A stretch of DNA of 32,069 bases from Phoronis australis (GCA_002633005.1 NMRA01000637.1:95084-127152); one strand, 5' to 3'. Numbered from the stretch's first letter, positions 12,541-24,818 are shown. Notes: a model not told the origin generated them from the letters alone. Translations and numbers: made by a program.

Positions 12541-13639
12541 GCGTTTTTATTACTATGAATCTGCGGGGGGCGAAGACGAAGAGCTACGGGCTTCAAGTTC
12601 AAATTAGCTGAGTTCATAAGTCTGACGCATTAATTCAATACATGCAATAGGTAAAGTTCACCCAAAGACTGTAGCCTAGCTTGCTGCTACTCGCCTGCGC
12701 TCTCTCGCAAGACCAATGCACAAGGAGACCTACGGGCCTCGTATGCAAATAAGCTCATCTCATCAGGGTTCACTCATCAGGGTTCATTTACAGGTCAATT
12801 GTACTACAGAGCCTCAAATTATGGGTCATTTTTGAAGAGCTGTAGGTCATTTGCGTCTACCGTGGATGCACTCGTGGGATTTTCTTGCATTATTTGCGTG
12901 TTTTAATTTTGCTTACTGCTGATGATATACCATCTAATAGAGTTTTTTCTTCATTTCAGTTCATTTCTTATCAAAACTCGTGCCTGGACTTAGCGTCTCC
13001 GGATAAGAGTAGGTAAATACAAAGCACTCGATATAGTGATAAAAGAGAAATAAATTGTTACCAATCGCTTGTTTTTAAAGATTGCTAGTGAATTTTGTAC
13101 CGACAAAACTCGGTTATCTGATAAGGTCTACTGTCATATGACGGCTGGTATCATTATGTTTCTTTCGCAGGACTGCATGGCTGAGGTTGCATTTTTATGT
13201 GGATTTCATAAGCTTTCCTAACAAACTTCACCCCAAGTTGAAGTTGGCAACAATGGGTTAAGTGATAAGTTCTGCGTTCAGTGGTGACGTGTCATCTGAT
13301 AGCAACCAGATTGATACGCCAACTTTGTCAGGTGGCACTAACAAATTATCAAGATTAACCGTGGGATTGCCGTGTAATAATTCAAAATCCACGGGAACTG
13401 AAGTGCGTGTGAGTAATCTGATCTCCTGGGCTCAAGTTTGTGGTTGTAATACGAAGACTCGGCCATGATACATTTCAACCCTTTCAACACTAGCGCCACC
13501 TAGAGCTGTGTCAAATGTTTTCTTAAAGGTGTGGCAAACCTGCCTTCCATCACAGGATATTTTTTATTCAAACCACTTACCGTTATGAGATCGACACAAG
13601 ATCGTTCCTTTGTCAAGTTGAAAGTGATTTCAGTGGTTT

Positions 13640-13878
13640 AAAATAACTGACAAATAGGTATTACTCCTCAAAAGCATTCAAAATTACCCTGGCCCTGGGC
13701 TTGTCGTTTATTGATTAAACTGCCCTACACGGGTAAGTACTGTTCAAATATGTAGTGCAACATGACAAGACATTGCGTTGTAGATCTTCAGTACAGTGTT
13801 CCTAAACCAACCAGGAATCGAACATGCAACCCCGTCAGACGCAGTCCATTGTCTTCACAACACGACCAACGAATGTCC
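13640..13878 (-). mobile_element. Degenerate tRNA-derived SINE
   Basis: On minus: A-box-like tggtcgtgttg, B-box gttcgattcc (13814-13823), and tail-like gccagggtaattttgaatgcttttgag. Confidence 0.4.
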
Positions 13879-14683
13879 GTAAATGAATTAAAGCACATTT
13901 CCTCCCTTGAGGCAAGAAATTTCTCGTTGGGACAATTTTGTACACTACTTTTACACCGTTTGATACCAACGTGCTTTCCAGGTCAGTGAGCACTTTGCCT
14001 CGCCTTGTGCTGGTAACATTGACGTACAGCTCATCTCGTAGCTTTCCGTCTACGGTCGTCCTAACCCGGCGAGCCAACAGAAATCTATTATTGCATCAGC
14101 TGACTACAACAAATCTCGTTGGCTCATTGTAACCGCATGCACTACCATAAGCAGTATGAAAAAAATAAATCACAACTGCTGGAACTTGCTATGAGTTAAA
14201 TTTCCCGATATTACGTAGCCGCTTAGCAACTTTGTCTGTTAGCCATTTTGTCATTCTTATATATTTTATTTTCGTTTTAATTGTTCATTTTCCATGACAA
14301 TTTTTGTCTGTTGGTTGCCCATCTCCTGTTTCCTTATTTTCGACAACATATCTTATTGTTCCATTTTTCATTATACTTTAGATTCCGTTACACTTTCTTT
14401 TGTTTTCTAAGTATTGATTTATTCTTGCCACGACACAAGGTGAGGCAACACCTGACCACTGTTCCAGCCATCGGCAATCGTACTTTCCCTTTGGTATGTC
14501 ACCTGCAGTTAGGGTTGGATATCCGGTTGACAGCGTTTTTAAGTAGTCCTGCACTTTTTTCAATTCCTTCTTCTCATTTCGTGCGCCCCTGCGCATGGGC
14601 ACGAGCTGTCTTACAACATTTCTTGTGGCACTTTTTATTGCCCATCTTACAAGAGATTATCATTTTTTGTTTCACTTAATCTT

Positions 14684-14821
14684 CGCCACTATTGGTTTCC
14701 CGTTTATTATTTTACGCGAGTTATTCGTTTGACTATTTTTGTTAGTCCTTCCGGTTTCGCCATTTGCGATAAATAAACACAAGTATTTTGAGTTCACACA
14801 TTTACTCTCATTTTACTGGCG
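14684..14821 (+). repeat. 5' LTR (138 bp)
   Basis: cgccactattgg...ttttactggcg, contains aataaa. One mismatch to the 3' LTR (14731 g versus 19911 t). Confidence 0.95.
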
Positions 14822-14832
14822 TGGTAGCAGCG
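14822..14832 (+). promoter_or_regulatory. Primer-binding site
   Basis: tggtagcagcg directly after the LTR, complementary to a tRNA CCA 3' end (iMet-like or Leu-like; not resolved). Confidence 0.8.
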
Positions 14833-14895
14833 TGTTCTTAACGATGGTACCGATTCCGTGGGTTCGTCACCACAGACTGCTTTAGGCTTTGATAT

Positions 14896-17800
14896 TTGAG
14901 GATCGACAATTGGAGACATAGTATAACCTATGTTTTATCGCTGGACGCTAACTTTGCTGACTTTTTGCAAGGCGATTTTACTTGGGACAGGGCAAAGGTC
15001 CCTCTACGAGGGTTGTTCAATGACCCGGACACTGTTCCTGAGGCGCGGCGCCGAACCGCCGCCCAAAAACTAACTCATCTGAACCGATGTTGGGACAAAT
15101 CGCGAATTTTTGTCCAGTTATTTCACGTAACACCATCATTAAGCAGTCAACATCGCTTGCCTCTATCTGGCAAACCATACGTGCTCACTATGGGCTCCAA
15201 ACGTCGGGTGGACACTTTTTGGACTTTGCTGAAATACGCCTTCTTCCCGATGAGCGTCCGGAGGACTTATACCAACGCATTATGGCATTTATTGAGGACA
15301 ATCTTCTTGGTCCTGACAATACTAAGCTACACCATGGGTTACCCATCACTGACGAAGACGAAATGTCTCCCACCCTTGAAAACCTAGCTGTCCTGACGTG
15401 GCTCCGCCTCGTAAACCCCGGACTTCCACGTCTCGTACAACAGCGTTATGGTCCCGAGCTGAGATCCAAGACCCTGGCTTCTATCAAACCTGACATCTCC
15501 CAGTCTCTACAGGCTCTACTTGACGAACTCCAGTCATTAGAAGACGCCAAAGTCATGAGATCGGCCTCTGCTCCCCGTCGTACCCCATCTCTTCCCAGAC
15601 GTCGACCAACCAAGAGTTGCGCTCTTTGTAAACAGGCTCGCCGGTCGCAGTTCGATCATTACCTGTCCCAGTGCCCGTTTCTGCCTGCGGAAGACAAGCG
15701 TTACTTCTCGAAGGTACGATAATCTCAGGTCGACGATCCCGAAGACTCTACAGATCTGTTTGATGTAACTCCCCCTGTGGACCCAGTTGTTCATCGTGTT
15801 CACATTGTCCAGTCCCCATTTCTCGATGCCTTTTGTAATGGCCATAGTGTTCGTTTGACCCTTGACTGCGGTGCCACAGGCAACATGATTCGTGAGTCTT
15901 GTGCCAAGTCCCTTGGTGCGGTTATTGCCCCCAACACTCAGTTTGCATATCAGGCGGATGGTGTATCCCCCCTTAACGTTATTGGTGAAACCAAGATTTT
16001 GTTCACCCGTGACTGCCACACTCTTACCTTTGAGGGATTGGTAATCAAGACGTTGGATATCGATGTTCTCGCAGCCACCCCGTTCATGGTGAAGAATGAT
16101 ATCTCTGTTCGACCAATCAAGAAAGAAGTCAGAGTTGGTGATGACAGTGTGTACCTTTATAACCATACTCAGCCACGACCAAAGCAGACTCTCGTCCGTC
16201 GTACTCATGTCTTGCGTTCCCCTCCTCAGCCTACTGCTGTTTGGCCAGGAGAAACCCTTGACCTTGGTGTACCTGCCGAACTAGTTGGTCAAGATTACGA
16301 AATTGCCATTGAGCCCAGATCCGAGTCACCGAGTGCTCGTCGGTGCAGTGCCAAAGAGTTGTGGCCACAACCTCAGATCTTGAAACCTAATGGCGGTAAG
16401 ATCAGCATCATCAACGACTCGTCTGATCCCAAATTCCTCCGTAAAGAAGAGCAATTTTGTCAGATCCATCACGTTTTTGCACCTGAGCCCAAAGCTGACT
16501 CCCGGCCTATGACCCCACCTGAACAGAAGATTGAACACTAAAGATACGCTTCTGTGGATCCCGATGGCATCTTACCTAAAGCCACACGTGAAGCATTTGA
16601 ACGCCTCCACGAGCATTTTGCTCCCATGTTTTATCCGACATTTCCCGGATACAATGGTGCAGCAGGCCCTTTCAAGGGGTCCGTTAACATGGGCCCTACT
16701 CAACCACCTCAGCGTAAAGGTCGTCTCCCTTTGTACTCGCCATCGAAGCTCAGCGAACTTCAGCAAAAGTTCCACGAACTCGAGGCCCTAGGAGTGTTTG
16801 TGCGACCAGAAGACGTTGGAGTGAAAGTCGAGTATCTCAACCCGTCCTTTTTGGTTAAGAAACCTAACGGTGGTTTCCGTCTTGTGACTGCCTTCTCGGA
16901 TGTGGGAAGGTATGCTAAGCCGCAACCTTCACTTATGCCAGACGTTGATTCTGTTCTACGTAAAATAGCCCAGTGGAAGTTTCTTGCTAAGACAGACCTA
17001 ACTAATGCATTCTACCAGATCCCTCTTTCACGCGAGTCTATGAAATATTGTGGCGTGGCTACCCCCTTCCACGGGGTACGTGTCTACGCTCGCTGTGCTA
17101 TGGGTCGGAGACTGCCTTAGAGGAACTCACCTCCCGTGTTCTTGGACACCTCCTTGAGGAAGGCATCGTAACCAAGCNTGGCTACCCCCTTCCACGGGGT
17201 ACGTGTCTACGCTCGCTGTGCTATGGGAATGCCTGGGTCGGAGACTGCCTTAGATGAACTCACCTCCCGTGTTCTTGGACACCTCCTTGAGGAAGGCATC
17301 GTAACCAAGCTTGCAGATGATCTGTATTGCGGTGGTCAAACACCCTCCGAGTTGTTGGCCAACTGGCAACGTGTTCTTGCAGCGCTAGCAAAGTGTGATC
17401 TTCATTTATCTGCTACCAAGACCGTTATCGCCCCGAAGCGAACCACCATACTGGGATGGATTTGGGAATCTGGTACGCTCCAAGCTAGCACCCACAGAGT
17501 TGCCGCATTGGCTTCATGTGCCAAGCCCTCAACTGTGCGTCAGATGCGATCCTTCATTGGTGCTTATAAAGTACTGGCCCGTGTTATTCTTCATTGTTCT
17601 CAGTATTTGTCTCCACTTGATGATGCGATTTCCGGCCAAGACTCCAAAGATAAGATATCATGGTCTGTTAAATTGTCTGCAGCTTTTACTGCCGCGCAGA
17701 GTGCCCTGTCCACGAACAAGATCATCACCCTCCCTCGTCCCGACGATCACATTTGGATTGTTACTGACGCTTCTGCAAAGCATCCTGGCATAGCTGCTAC

Positions 17801-19741
17801 TTTATATGTCACCAGGTCCGATAAACCTCGTATCGCCTCTTTCTTCAGTGCCAAACTTAAAGCCCGTCAAGTTCTTTGGCTTCCTTGCGAGATAGAGGCT
17901 CTGGCCATTGCTGTTGCTTTGAAACACTTCAGCCCCTACCTCATACAGTCGATCCATCGGGCCACTGTTCTTACTGACAGCAAGCCATGCGTACAGGCCT
18001 TTGAGCGTTTGTGTAGAGGAGAGTTTTCTGTGAGCCCCAGGGTATCCACATTTCTGTCTGCTGTTTCGAGGTTCCAGGCGTCTATCCGCCATGTATCTGG
18101 GGCTTCAAACATTGTCTCGGATTTCGCTAGTCGTCATAGTGCGGAATGCACTGATCAGTCGTGCCAACTCTGCTCCTTCATTTCCTCGACCGAGGAGTGC
18201 GTGGTTTTACGTACGTCATCTGACGACATCTTGTCCGGCACTACAAGACTTCCATTTACATCACGATCAGCGTGGCATGGAATTCAGGCTGAATGTGCTG
18301 ACTTACGCCGCACTCATGCTCACCTCACCCAGGGTACCCGACCAAGCAAGAAGGTAACCGATGCCAGAGATGTGAAGCGATACCTGAATGTTGCCAAAGT
18401 CGCCAATGATGGCTTACTGGTCGTTCGTCGCGATGCTCCTCTTTCATCTGGACGCGAGTGCATCATCGTTCCACGTTCCGTATTGGATGGTCTCCTTACA
18501 GCTTTGCATCTTCGCTTAGATCATCCCTCAGCAAACCAACTACGCCTCGTTATCCGTCGTTATTTCTACGCCCTAGACGTAGATGCTGCAGTTGATAGAT
18601 GTACACAGTCTTGTCATCAGTGTTGCTCCCTGCGTGCGTTCCCCAAAACCCAGGTCAGCCAAGAAACCTTGGATCCTCCCCCCGCCGTAGGTGTATCCTT
18701 TGCTGCGGATGTCATGAAACGCGATCGACAGGACATCCTTGTGCTTCGTGAGTGCGTGTCATCATACACACTTGCGCGCATTATTGACAGCGAACGGGCT
18801 GAGAGTTTGCGAGATAATCTCCTCCAGATGTGTATTGAGCTTCGACCCTTGGATGGTCCCCCTGCCGTGATTCGCACTGATCCTGCTCCTGGATTTCAGG
18901 CTCTCCGCAACGATGAAATTCTTAAGCGCCACAGATTGATGCTAGAGATAGGGCGAGTTAAGAACCCCAACCACAACCCTGTTGCGGAGAAGGCGGTTCG
19001 CGAATTGTCTGATGAGTTGCTGCAAGATCACTTGGGTAATGGGAAAGTCACTCCATTACAAGTGTCCCTTGCTGTTGCTCGGCTCAATAGCCGTCTACGC
19101 TCCAGAGGATTATCTGCACGTGAAATTTGGTTCCAACGTGATCAGTTTACTAATGCGCAGTTACCCATCGATGACCAATCTATGATTCATACTCAACATC
19201 AGGGCCGCATAAAGAACCATGAATCTAGCGTGAAATCGAACGCCCCTTTACGTAAGGCCCCTCCTTCATGCCGTGCAAATGTGGGAGACTTGGTGTACCT
19301 CTATTCTGACCGCGACAAAACACGATCTCGTCCTCGCTATCTCGTGGTCAGCCGGGATGACACCTGGTTGAATGTCCAGAAGTTCATTGGGAATCAGTTG
19401 CGATCTACATCCTATCGCGTAAAGGACACCGAATGTTACAAGGTCCCTTCAGAGACACCTTCACTTTACGGTCCAGTTACCCACGACCTCACCGATGATG
19501 AAGAAGATCATGTCCCTCGATTAATGCTCCCATTAGCAACCCAGCCTGCACCTCAGTTACCACCTTCTAGTGTGTCTGATGTTCTTTCTGGAGTAAACCT
19601 GAGTCAACCTTCCCACACCTCGAATGATGTTGTTCCTACCAATGATGCGGGTCACTTGACGTGACGGGAGACGTTCCTTTGCGACGCTCTTCCAGGACCA
19701 AACGTCCTCCAACCTACCTTCAGGATTTTGTGGTTGATTAA
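14896..19741 (+). pseudogene. Disrupted gag-pol polyprotein (Gag with CCHC, aspartic protease, RT, RNase H, DDE integrase)
   Basis: ORFs 15087, 15777, 16554 and 17223 share one frame, broken by TAA at 15720 and 16539. Frameshifts near 15085 and before 19660; the typical RRSSRTKRPPTYLQDFVVD* tail ends at 19741 in another frame. Motifs: LDCGA (15864), [16 protein letters not shown] (17310), TDAS / EIEALAI / TDSKP, HHCC, and D(18708) D(18879)-x35-E(18987). Confidence 0.92.
17056..17310. other. Overlapping contig ends duplicated around N 17178 (assembly artefact)
   Basis: 17056-17177 repeats 17179-17310, except for a 10-bp deletion between tggg microhomologies and one SNP. Confidence 0.85.
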
Positions 19742-19863
19742 GTGTTATGGTATCCTCCCTGGACTTTGATGGTACCGATCCTAGTTCAAGTGTATTACAT
19801 TTATTGTGCTAATTTTTTCTTAGGACTGATAAGTGTTACTTCAAAGGACTTAAAGAGACATTA

Positions 19864-20001
19864 CGCCACTATTGGTTTCCCGTTTATTATTTTACGCGAG
19901 TTATTCGTTTTACTATTTTTGTTAGTCCTTCCGGTTTCGCCATTTGCGATAAATAAACACAAGTATTTTGAGTTCACACATTTACTCTCATTTTACTGGC
20001 G
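19864..20001 (+). repeat. 3' LTR (138 bp)
   Basis: Direct repeat of 14684-14821. Confidence 0.95.
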
Positions 20002-20115
20002 CTCATTCATTATCTTGTAATTGTCTTAGTTATAATAAATGACCTTTTATCACCTACCTCGGCTTCATTTTCACCTCTGGTAACGAGCTTGTGACGCATG
20101 TATCATTAATAAATT

Positions 20116-20822
20116 AGAGAGGTTTCCCTATGCAACGTGAACGTGAATTATGACTCATCCTTAATTGCGCACGCAGATTCACGTTACATTAAAACATGGG
20201 TTTCGCAACAGCTAAATTTTTACGTGAACGTGAAAGTAAACGTGAACTGAATAACTGAGTTCAGGATTTCCAGTTATCGCAGTACATATCCGCTACAGAT
20301 ATGAAGATACAAATATATGTTGAATGTGAAAAAATTCGTTTCTGCGAACTCTTCTGAAAATGGATCAACACTTAAAACGCAAAATTTATTTGCAGTTTCA
20401 AATAAACAGATGCATGTAAAATGAGCATGTAAAATCTTTGACAACACTAAAATCATATCTATTAAATATCTTTTCTAGTTCGATGACATCCATTGAGTCC
20501 TGGTAGAATAAGGATTTTGGAAAAAAATGCTTTCTTGCAACTAACTTTAAGAACATATAAAGACAAAAGAATCGTGTTCATTTTATACTGAAGCAAAGAA
20601 GAAAGGTTGAGAACCCTATTGAAACAAAAAATCATTTCGTTGTCTTACCAAATGAGAAATAAAAAGCGGCCACAGGTTTAGCGTTTAAAGCGACACGAAT
20701 CTCTCTGCATTTGCGTACAAACAAACACTATCGGGTATACGTCACAGCCAAAAATAGCATCTATGACGCGGTAATATAAACGCGTGATAATTTATGTTCA
20801 TCTTGCTTTGCGAAACCTCTCT
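20116..20822. mobile_element. 707-bp MITE with ~35-bp TIRs and ATT TSD (PIF/Harbinger-related, Pangu-like)
   Basis: agagaggtttccctatgcaacgtgaacgtgaatta versus reverse-complemented right end agagaggtttcgcaaagcaagatgaacataaatta. att at 20113-20115 and 20823-20825. Confidence 0.8.
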
Positions 20823-21028
20823 ATTATTCGGCACATATGTCGATCAAAAATTGTTTATGTTTCATGTCCATTTTAACCATAGATATTAACTTTTCAGTGC
20901 ACCATCTGTTCGGGGACACGGAAGTGTTTGATTACTAAATCCACCCCTCTGCGCTATTAAGGTTTCGGTGTTGATTTCAACATTAAATAACACTATTCTT
21001 CCATTCATGCCAATAAGAGAACACTACG

Positions 21029-21382
21029 GTCCTGCAATGAATGTCATAATATTTATCATTTTGATCAGTTTTTAATATTCAAAATTGAAAACTGAGACGG
21101 AAGTGTCATATATAATTAATAGTTTTGCTCCAGATGTTACTGTTGGGACCTGATTGAATGTTGAGTGTTATTTATACTGCTGAAGTTATATTACCTTAAA
21201 CTATTTTGGGAAAGTTTGATGATCGAACTTGCTAACGACGTCCTGTAGACATTGGCCTCCCTTTTGAACTTTCGACTGTTGAAATGGTCCGGGAGGGGAA
21301 TACGGAAAACAATATAACATAGCCTTATTGCACTCGACTGATTCAACGCGTATGATAAATATTATGACATTCATTGCAGGAC
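21029..21382. repeat. Perfect 31-bp inverted repeat with 292-bp spacer
   Basis: gtcctgcaatgaatgtcataatatttatcat at 21029-21059 and its reverse complement at 21352-21382. Confidence 0.85.
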
Positions 21383-22847
21383 GGTTGTTTTCAATTATCG
21401 CCACTTTTTATACAGCGCTGGTCGGGATAAATTCCCTGTTCGGGGACAGATCTGAGTCGGCCTCTATAATAGTTGTTTTGAAACACTTACCTCGATTCAG
21501 GAAAGAGCTACTGGTTAATAAGACGGGAATCACAACGGCAACCATGTTTACAGAAGCGCCATCTGCCGAGTAAAATGGCAGAAGTGAATTATTTTGGCGC
21601 AGACTAATACAATTCATATGTGTAAGACTTCGTTAAAGACACGACTAGACTTTATGTTAGCGATCTTGATGCTGGTACGTGTATAATTTCGGAACAGCCT
21701 CCTTTCTTATGGTTTGCAGGTATGAAGTAAAATATTGAGATGCATAACAAATTACGAATAAAAACCGTAACTATATTTCGTGACTTCATGTCACATCATC
21801 AGGCAATGAGTGGAATGAACATATACAGAGAGAAATATGTGTTGGTGATCCAGGAATGAAATTACCTCCTGGATATCTGTCTTGGCTACTTGTACTTGAA
21901 CACACAGTTGCTGTTGTGTTAGAAAGCATAACACTGCACTGTTTGCTACCTTTGACCATAGAGCATCCATTTCTATTAAAGCATAATAGTTTGTCAGATT
22001 GAAATTTACGCTTGTTACCAACGGACTTTGTTTACAAAACGACACCAAATCCCGTGGTGACAGTGAAAGATATCACAACACACACAAAACAGACATTTTT
22101 ATTTTTTTCCCATTTCCAATGAGTAAGTAACAGGGGTCTGGGATTCCACTGTTACAATCGTTAAGTGAAAATTGGCAACACAAATATACAGCGGAATTGA
22201 CTTTAACAATGACAAACAGAAAAACAACATTACATAAAGTGACTGTGTTGTATACATTTCTGAGAAAGAAATACAAAAAACCCTTTGCATACTATTTTTT
22301 CCAAAATACAGTTTCTCAACCAATCTTTATATTGTATAATTTTCTCTTCGTATATATTACTTGAGAATTCATACAGGAAAGCCTATAGCATGTGGGGTGA
22401 AGGGGGAGGGCTAAATACGTAACTGTTTGCATTTCAATGACTTACATGTATATGAGCAACCTTGACTTTATACTGCAGAGGTATCAAAATGGCAAAAATG
22501 AAGAAGAAAAATGACAGACTCTAAAACTGAATTGAAAGTGTCAAAGCATTACAACACTTATCTTTTAAAATAACGGAAAAACCCGGTTTTGAGCTATTAA
22601 CACTAAACAACTTTCTTATCCAGTTGTCTGATGAAGCATAACAATGATCCGTAACGATCGACAACCGTCAAAAGATGAAGGAAATTTGGAAAACTCCTGT
22701 CAAAATCGGCTGAACGGGCAAGCACGGCCTATGCTTTTAGCGAGTTACACGGCAGCTATGGGAAGAGACCACCCAGCAATGGACCATAATGTCCAATCTG
22801 CTACACTACATAGGGAGTAGGAGTTTTTAATTGATTCCTTCCTTTAA

Positions 22848-23103
22848 CTTGCGCACCCAGCCTTTAACATGGAGGAGGCTCGAATTTCTGGCCATGTGGA
22901 CCTTTTACTGACAAAAAAGCGGAAGGACTAAAAAAACGGGGTACCACCTTCAGAACTGTGAATTGTGCGTCTGCGCCTTTTTAGTGGACTTTTGTCTCGT
23001 TTGCTCGGACCTTTTGTTTCTCCAAGACGGTCTTTTTTGCCCAATTCGCCAAATATGGGGGCTCGTGCGAGCCCCTTGAGCCCCCTCCCTGGATGCGCGC
23101 ATG
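22848..23103. mobile_element. Short non-autonomous DNA transposon (CA-terminal family)
   Basis: cttgcgcacccag ... ctggatgcgcgcatg imperfect TIRs. The left arm aligns with 31922-32016 and 28667-28725. Confidence 0.6.
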
Positions 23104-23759
23104 CCAATAACGTATTAGCTGATGACAGAATGAGGATCGGTGGAAATCATCAAAACTGGGTTAAGCATTCTTTTAAGTAATTATAACACGGCTGACGTAA
23201 TTTGTGTCGGTTTCAGAAGCGGCTCTAAGTCTAAGGACATCTTGCGCAAAGGGTAGGCCAGGGATGGCCCCCAACAAGCTGACACACCGAAATTTAAATA
23301 AGCGCAAGCTGGCAGGTGTGGGAAGCTCTCACGTGGCGCCTCGCGAAGGAGTCCACAGCCAGGTCAGTCCCCGTGCTGGATTCTGTGGTTTTTGAAAAAA
23401 TTGCACATCCCAATAAAAGCACTGTTTATTGTTGTCAGAAGGACGTCTTGTGCAGAGCCATTACATAAAACCGTTTATTGGCACCCGGTGGCGATTCAGT
23501 ACAGCATACAACAGTGGCCAACCAAATATATATATATATATGATCGGCCGTGGGAATTAATAAACCTCGGAAACCATTATTAAAATGTCTTGGTCTATTT
23601 ACACCGACCTCCTGTCTATTTACACTGAAACTAAAACTATTCAAGAAAGAGCAATCGATGTTTTCACAAATCCAGAAATTCGCAGGATATTTAGGGAACT
23701 TAGTTGAGTCACTATTTGGGACTGTTTTCTTCAACCCGGCACTGGAATTTACGACGGGT

Positions 23760-24818
23760 TGGTAGTTCCCTCCAAATGAGAGTATTTAGAACCTTTATTG
23801 TGTTGCACCTGTTATATACATGTAGCTAAAGCTGCTTGGTATTGCAGTCTTTCTAATTGAAGAAGTATTCCTGAATTTGCTGATTGGTAGATTATGTCAC
23901 AGTAGGCTAGATATGGAAGCTCAAAAGACTTGACCAGAGTGTCCAGATGCATTGAGTTGGGATGGCGAGAGATGAACTGTTTTGACGAGTTCGTAACAGT
24001 GAGGAGTAAATATAAGCTTATTGTCTAGTAGCAAGCCAAGGTGTTTATTTGTGTGCTCTCTGGGAGTAACTTTCTCATTGAGGGATAGATCTAGCCTTGC
24101 ATTTGTTTAGAAATTAGAAGTGTTATTAGAAAATATAAAATCAACGCTTTTTCAGGTTCGGATTTCATTTTCCATTTGTGAGACCAGTAATAGAGTTTGT
24201 TTAGGTCAGTTTGCAATTGTAAGGAGTCATGGGGATTCTCTTTTGAGAATGGGTAGAAAATTGCAGTGTCATTTGCATATAAGAATGTTTTAGAGTTTAT
24301 TGTGTCTGGAAGATCATTGATGTACAGTAAAAAGAGTAAGTGGCCTAGTGCGCCACGTTGTGGTACTTCAGCATATACATAACTTGGTGTTTATGAGGGT
24401 GAGAAGTCACTCTCCATTCGGACTTAGTAAGTTCGGCATTCAAAATATGATTTTAAAAGTAGGACGAGAGTGCCTGAGAAACCATAAGATTGTAACTTAT
24501 GTAGAAGCAGATCATGGGGAACAACATCAAAAGCTGACGCAATGTCTAAAAATACGGATCTCACGTTGTACCCTTGCCCAAACTGGAGGTGGATTTCGTG
24601 AACAGTTTCTGTAAGTTGAGACACAGTTCAGTAGCGAGGCATGATTTCAAAGTGTTGATGATATGTGATGTTTGTAACAAAAGCTGACCAAACACATGTT
24701 CAGTAATATTTTTTCTAAAATTTTTGAGAACGTGTTGGGGCGATAGCTGGCAATGTCTCTTTTAGACTACTTTTGTGTATTGGTATCATAACACCAGGTT
24801 TCCAGTCCAAATGAAATT
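23760..24818 (-). mobile_element. Decayed non-LTR retrotransposon (CR1/L2-group LINE) RT fragment
   Basis: Minus-strand translations with stops and frameshifts: DWKPGVMIPIHK, SYRP, FSKILEK, VFLDIASAFDVVPHDLLLHKL, VPQRGALGHLLFLLYINDL, LYANDT (YADD relic), LQTDLNKLYYWSHKWKM, KHLGLLLDNKL, LERLQYQA. Confidence 0.9.

Larger units (their letters stand above)
14684..20001 (+). mobile_element. Ty3/Gypsy-order LTR retrotransposon, Troyka-like (CG...CG LTR termini, probable 3-bp TSD)
   Basis: Two 138-bp direct LTRs with a PBS abutting the 5' LTR. Domain order gag-PR-RT-RH-IN. Flanks are ctt (14681-14683) and ctc (20002-20004). Confidence 0.95.

Noticed and set aside
12800-14680. Protein-like stop-interrupted minus-strand frames (e.g. 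13835-14077, 14378-14602)
   Set aside because: I could not assign a family or consistent splice sites; left unannotated pending BLASTx.
15720-15722. Programmed gag-pol readthrough at TAA
   Set aside because: A second in-frame TAA and nearby frameshifts make simple decay (CAA to TAA) more likely. A family consensus would decide.
23181-23560. Possible element with imperfect ataacacggc / gccgtggga ends and a (TA)n tract
   Set aside because: TIR match is too weak and no TSD was found.
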